Source: Planctomycetota bacterium (GTDB taxonomy: Bacteria; Planctomycetota; SZUA-567; H5-PLA8). From it: DNA of 10,330 nucleotides. A model generated the notes under the pieces. It had not been told where the DNA came from and made no database searches. It saw only the letters and a list, made by a program, of their open reading frames with translations. Positions within the stretch are counted from its first letter, which is position 1. Every line of letters starts with the position of its first letter. The position numbers and the translations under genes were made by a program. The stretch spans positions 1 through 10,330 of the forward strand of contig JBBRPR010000121.1 of the NCBI GenBank assembly GCA_038227875.1. Reading direction: 5' to 3'. Below, piece by piece: positions 6,851 to 10,330 of this stretch.

Positions 6851-6870
6851 CAGCGTGCAGCGTGCAGCGT
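6851..6870. repeat. 7-bp tandem repeat (CAGCGTG x2 + CAGCGT) at the integrase frameshift
   Basis: cagcgtg cagcgtg cagcgt read directly from the sequence. Confidence 0.95.
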
Positions 6871-7545
6871 TCGGCGTCCAGATCCGCCACGGTCAACGCG
6901 GCCAGTTCGCCCTTTCGGTACCCCGTGCACAACGCCGTTTCGTACAGCAGGCGCCGGGCGGGCGGCGCAACGTCCAGCAGCTTACCGATTTCCTTTTCAG
7001 TCATGGCGCGCCGGACAGTCTTCGGCGTCACGTCCAGCGGCGCAAAGCCTTCAAGTGGATTGCTGGCGAGATACCCGCGCCCTTTCGCCCACAAGCACAA
7101 AGCCTTGAGACTTTCAACATGCGTGTAGGTCGTCTTCCCACTCTTGCCGGCCGTCAAAAGTTCACGCGCCACGGCTTCGACCTTCGGCAGTGTAACGTCC
7201 ACCAGCGTCGTAAGGTTCAATCGTTTCGGCCAGAATTCAGTTAGGTGACGTGTTCTCGTTTCGACGTGCGTGGAACTCCACGGGCGCCCGCCATGCCCGC
7301 CTTGCGCGGTTCCCCATGCGATGTATTCAGCGGCCATGTCCGTGAATGGGCGCGCCTTGTCGCTGGCCTTCGGCGGGGGAATATGCCCTTGGCGAATTAG
7401 ACGGTCGTGGTGTTCCTTCGATTCGGCTGTCTGCCGGACTTCCTTTTCCTTCGCGTCACTGACGGGAAGGAAACGCTGTTTGCCTTGCCAGTCGATATAC
7501 CAGCCTCGAAACTTCCCGCTCGCAAGTTTCACGACTCCGGCCATG

Positions 7546-7764
7546 TCATTCACCCTTTCCCATTGCGTCTCGGCGCGGCTTGGCGATCCACGGACCCAAG
7601 CCCATGCCTTCCGCCTGAGAGGCTTTCGTCCACGCGGTTTTCTCGCTGGCCGATATTCGAATCAGAACAGGAATCTGCCGCGTCTCCGGTCCCGACGGCG
7701 GGCGTCCGGTGCGCTTCTTGTCCGCTGCAATTTCGGCGCGTGTGCGTTTCACTTTTTTAGCCAT
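7546..7764 (-). CDS. Small DNA-binding protein, probable ribbon-helix-helix regulator with a GRPP motif
   Basis: KRTGRPPSG followed by the alternating strand IPVLIRIS and two helices (ASEKTAWTKASQAEG, GLGPWIAK); stop lies 1 nt before the int ATG. Confidence 0.7.
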   Translation of the reverse strand: MAKKVKRTRAEIAADKKRTGRPPSGPETRQIPVLIRISASEKTAWTKASQAEGMGLGPWIAKPRRDAMGKGE

Positions 7765-7771
7765 GCCTCAC

Positions 7772-7801
7772 TATGTACCATTTGCGTATATCAGAAGTCA
7801 A
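7772..7801 (-). promoter_or_regulatory. Putative promoter for the RHH-int transcript, possibly leaderless
   Basis: Minus strand TTGACT (7801-7796), 18-nt spacer, TGn-TACATA (7777-7772), with ATG 7 nt further on. The -10 is imperfect. An imperfect inverted repeat overlaps it. Confidence 0.45.
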
Positions 7802-8103
7802 GACCGTAGGCGCGCAAATTTTCGCGCTTCGGCCTCAAGTCGTGCTTCGTGATGGCGAACAATGGCGCCCGCCGTCCACGTGTTCTTGCCCATCAGGCGC
7901 GCCGGGCGGGGCAATTCTCCCCGATCCACGGCGGCTTTGATGCTGGCCGTGCACTTCCCGAAAATCGTCGCTAAGCCTTCCTCGGTCACCAGCGCGCCGG
8001 GCGGGAGGGCACCGATGGAAGAAAAGACGCCGGGCATTGACGTCGCTGATAATGCGGTCACAACCGGCGGAGTGGGTGTTGCAGTATCGTTGTTCTCGGT
8101 CAT
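7798..8103 (-). CDS. AlpA/excisionase-like HTH protein (recombination directionality factor)
   Basis: LVTEEGLATIFGKCTASIKAAVDRGELPRPARLMGKNTW matches the AlpA/Xis winged-HTH pattern; located upstream of int. Confidence 0.8.
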   Translation of the reverse strand: MTENNDTATPTPPVVTALSATSMPGVFSSIGALPPGALVTEEGLATIFGKCTASIKAAVDRGELPRPARLMGKNTWTAGAIVRHHEARLEAEARKFARLRS

Positions 8104-9734
8104 GACGTGACGCTCCCTTGGGATTTTGTCTTTCGGCGTGGGTGGGTGTCAGAGTGAGAGTTTCCCCTTAAAGTTTCCTTTAAGGGAAAAACACTCTCAC
8201 ACTCCCCCCCTGTTACCTTGGGTTGAAGGTCGAGCTTAGGTTGAGGAATTGTTGCGAAACTGGGCGGCTTGTTTCCGCCATTACTCCAGCGGAAAGCTTG
8301 GCCAGTGGCCTCTGCCTTCTCTAAGAATTTCACTGCCTTGTAGTCTGTCAGGCCTTTTTCGTTTGCGTCGGCGAGTATTGCGCCCTTCAGTTTTGGACTT
8401 TGACTGATAAGCGCAGCGACGAAGCTTGTCGTGGTCCATTCGACTTTTGCTGGCTCCGTAGGTGTCGAAGAAACTTCAGGTTTCTTCGCTTTAGCGTTTG
8501 CCCTTTTGAACTCCGTCGGATCCAAGTCGGGCGCCGGCGTCCACAGCGGGAATTCAAAGCGAAGGCACCTTGAAAGCACGGGCGGCCAGCTGCGCGGCGC
8601 GGCGTCGAGCACCACCGCCGCTTCTTCGGAGTGTGGGCGCAGGATCACATGACAATCCGCGGCGCGGGAGATTGCCCCGGCCCCGGCGCCTACGTCGGTG
8701 ACGGCGCGGCCGGACTGCAAGCCTTTGCTCGTGTGGTGAATCAGCACGAAGGCACAGTGTAACTTTTCCGCATAGGCGTCGATTTGATTGTAGAGACCCG
8801 CCATGCTTCCATTGTCGTTTTCGTCGGTGTCTTTCGGTAAGAACCGATAGAAGGCATCCAGCACAATGACGCTGAAGTACCCCGGCTCCAGCGCGTTTAA
8901 CATGGGCCCCAGGGTGAATATGTCCTTCAAATTTCCGCGCAATAGCTCGTACGCAATTTTGTTTTCATATCGATCACGCGCGATACCCTTTGCTTCCGCA
9001 ACCCGTGGCAATCGGTTGCCGATCGTTTCGGCGTGCAACTCGTTGTCTAATATCAGCACCCGCCCCGGCGCCACATCGAAGCCAAGCCATTTCAGACCCG
9101 TCGCCACGCTCAAAGCAAAATCCAGTGTTAGCCAGGTCTTGCCCGTCTTCGGCGGCGCGATGACGTTCATCGTCTCGCCTTCGCGAAGTAGACCGTGGAC
9201 TAGCGGCCGCCGTAAGCATGTGTATTTGTCAATGAGCGACCCCACAAAATGATAGGGCGGCGTCGAAGTAGCGCGTTGCACGGCGGTCACTGCTTTCAAC
9301 GCGTCCACCGCGGCGCCGTCTTCACCTTTTTGCAGCAAGGTGCTTGCGCTGACGAGTGCCTCGGCAAGTTGGCGGCGACGCGTGTACTGTTTGAGCGTGG
9401 AAATCTCGGTTTCAATGTTTGCGCCGCTGTGCAAGCCGGCATCATGATACAGGTTCCCAATGAAGCGCTTCCCGCCCACAGATTCAAGATTTCCGGCGCG
9501 TTCCATTTCCGCCACGATGGAAATTTCATCTCCCAAGTTGAGTCTGGCGAGATGACAGGTGCGGAAGGCAATGAACGCAGCGCGGTACATCGGACTGTAA
9601 AAGTCCGATTCGAGCAATTCCTCGAACGCAATTCCTGCACACCTCGAGTCCGCAAGGCATGAAAGAATCGGACTGCGTTCGGCATCCTGTGAGTACAGTC
9701 GGGCGATAGGCCGGCCAGCGTTCAAGTTACACAC
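8100..9734 (-). CDS. Replicative helicase: DnaB-like N-terminal domain plus AAA_25/RepA(RSF1010)-type ATPase
   Basis: N-terminal SQDAERSPILSCL...LESDFYSPMYRAAF...LESVGG resembles DnaB_N. Walker A APPKTGKT, RVLILDNE, Walker B IVLDAFY, LIHHTSKG, GAGAISRAAD. Start codon uncertain (no SD seen); possibly 5'-truncated. Confidence 0.85.
   Translation of the reverse strand: MCNLNAGRPIARLYSQDAERSPILSCLADSRCAGIAFEELLESDFYSPMYRAAFIAFRTCHLARLNLGDEISIVAEMERAGNLESVGGKRFIGNLYHDAGLHSGANIETEISTLKQYTRRRQLAEALVSASTLLQKGEDGAAVDALKAVTAVQRATSTPPYHFVGSLIDKYTCLRRPLVHGLLREGETMNVIAPPKTGKTWLTLDFALSVATGLKWLGFDVAPGRVLILDNELHAETIGNRLPRVAEAKGIARDRYENKIAYELLRGNLKDIFTLGPMLNALEPGYFSVIVLDAFYRFLPKDTDENDNGSMAGLYNQIDAYAEKLHCAFVLIHHTSKGLQSGRAVTDVGAGAGAISRAADCHVILRPHSEEAAVVLDAAPRSWPPVLSRCLRFEFPLWTPAPDLDPTEFKRANAKAKKPEVSSTPTEPAKVEWTTTSFVAALISQSPKLKGAILADANEKGLTDYKAVKFLEKAEATGQAFRWSNGGNKPPSFATIPQPKLDLQPKVTGGECESVFPLKETLRGNSHSDTHPRRKTKSQGSVTS
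8154..8200. repeat. Long imperfect inverted repeat inside the helicase 3' end, candidate replication origin
   Basis: GTGAGAG-TTT-c-CCCTTAAAG-tttc-CTTTAAGGG-a-AAA-aca-CTCTCAC. Confidence 0.7.
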
Positions 9735-10220
9735 GGGTACTTATGGAATCACCGGTATTCAGGGCATCACGGGTGCCGGTTCGGGCAGTTCTGCTTCTGT
9801 GAATTACCTGATTAATCCTGCGTGGGAAATAGCGGGCTTTGCTGAAGGTCAGATAGTCGGTGTTCTGAGTGAAGACTCGATGTTCCCAGGCTGGAGAGCC
9901 AACGGTTGGACAGGTATGGCTGGTGTGACCGGTGTTGCTTACATTCAAGTCCAAAAATACAACAGATTGAGTGGTGGTGTCTGGTCCTGTGGTCTCGGTG
10001 CCACGGGAATACTTGGAACTAATACCTAATGGCAGCTAACGTTTCGTCACCAGTATCAGTAGTCGGGCAGCACTATTTCGTTTCCATATCCGCTGGCACG
10101 GATCGAAACACGGACCAAGTGTTTACCGTTGGACTGAAAGCTGACGGCTCCGCTTGGTGTTGGGGCGATAACTCACACGGTAATTGCGGTGGAAGCGTCC
10201 CACTGATTGTTGAAAATTGA
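9733..10220 (+). pseudogene. Broken fragment of a collagen-like plus RCC1-repeat protein gene
   Basis: Frame 1 gives TGTYGITGIQGITGAGSG...GGVWSCGLGATGILGTNT*. A shifted frame continues AANVSSPVSVVGQHYFVSISAG...VGLKADGSAWCWGDNSHGNCG, an RCC1-type repeat. No ATG upstream in the open frame, and the repeat stops abruptly near 10190. Confidence 0.75.
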
Positions 10221-10330
10221 AGAGCGTCCCGTGCCGATGAAGAAAGGTATGGGAGCGATGAAAATGGAAAGTGACGAGATAGTGGAAGAGGTTGGCAGGA
10301 TGGGGCCGCAGGCAGCGGGAGACACGTTTC

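Larger units (their letters stand above)
6188..7544 (-). pseudogene. int: Tyrosine integrase, frameshifted by a 7-bp tandem duplication (449 aa if restored)
   Basis: The N-terminal ORF has TGYRKGE (catalytic R). The C-terminal ORF has FHGLRH, LRHMD and MNVYSH. Deleting one CAGCGTG unit at 6851-6870 joins them: DAERCTLKLAAKYSKGRRDSQQPIPAALAAKLKTASEG. ATG 7544 follows the upstream stop and an AAGGGTG SD-like sequence. Confidence 0.92.
6156..9734 (-). mobile_element. Core of a tRNA-Gly-targeting integrative element (satellite or integrative-plasmid-like): helicase-xis-RHH-int-att
   Basis: Four co-oriented, tightly packed genes (ATGA overlap at 8100-8103) ending at a tRNA-Gly 3' fragment with arm-type repeats. 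True boundaries are not visible, and the element may extend to the left. Confidence 0.8.

Noticed and set aside
6188..7553. Two separate genes or a programmed ribosomal frameshift in int
   Set aside because: The halves join exactly on removing one 7-bp unit, and no slippery heptamer is seen at the break.
9733..10220. Diversity-generating retroelement target or template
   Set aside because: No reverse transcriptase and no second copy differing at adenines in this window.
10237..10330. Possible gene start MKKGMGAMKMESDEIVEEV... at the window edge
   Set aside because: About 31 codons, truncated by the window end, with no recognisable motif.

Overview
A mosaic, mobile-looking window of fairly high GC. 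Left: a tandem-domain KaiC-like ATPase (146-1783) and a PAS hybrid histidine kinase (2107-3798). Between them lie a REP-like multi-hairpin element and a short remnant of a second kaiC-like 5' end that shares its first 47 bp with the kinase gene. Middle: a DDE (rve) transposase with a short diverged paralog remnant beside it, then a HigB/RelE-HigA toxin-antitoxin pair with a clear sigma70 promoter and operator. Right: the core of an integrative, satellite-like element on the minus strand, ordered DnaB-N/AAA helicase, AlpA/Xis, RHH protein, tyrosine integrase. The integrase is frameshifted by one extra copy of a 7-bp tandem unit. Its 3' end reads through the 3' half of a tRNA-Gly(CCC), which has arm-type direct repeats on both sides and 10-bp-phased motifs nearby, i.e. 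an attP-like configuration. The window ends in a compositionally different, broken collagen-like/RCC1-repeat gene fragment. All calls come from reading the sequence; no database searches were run.
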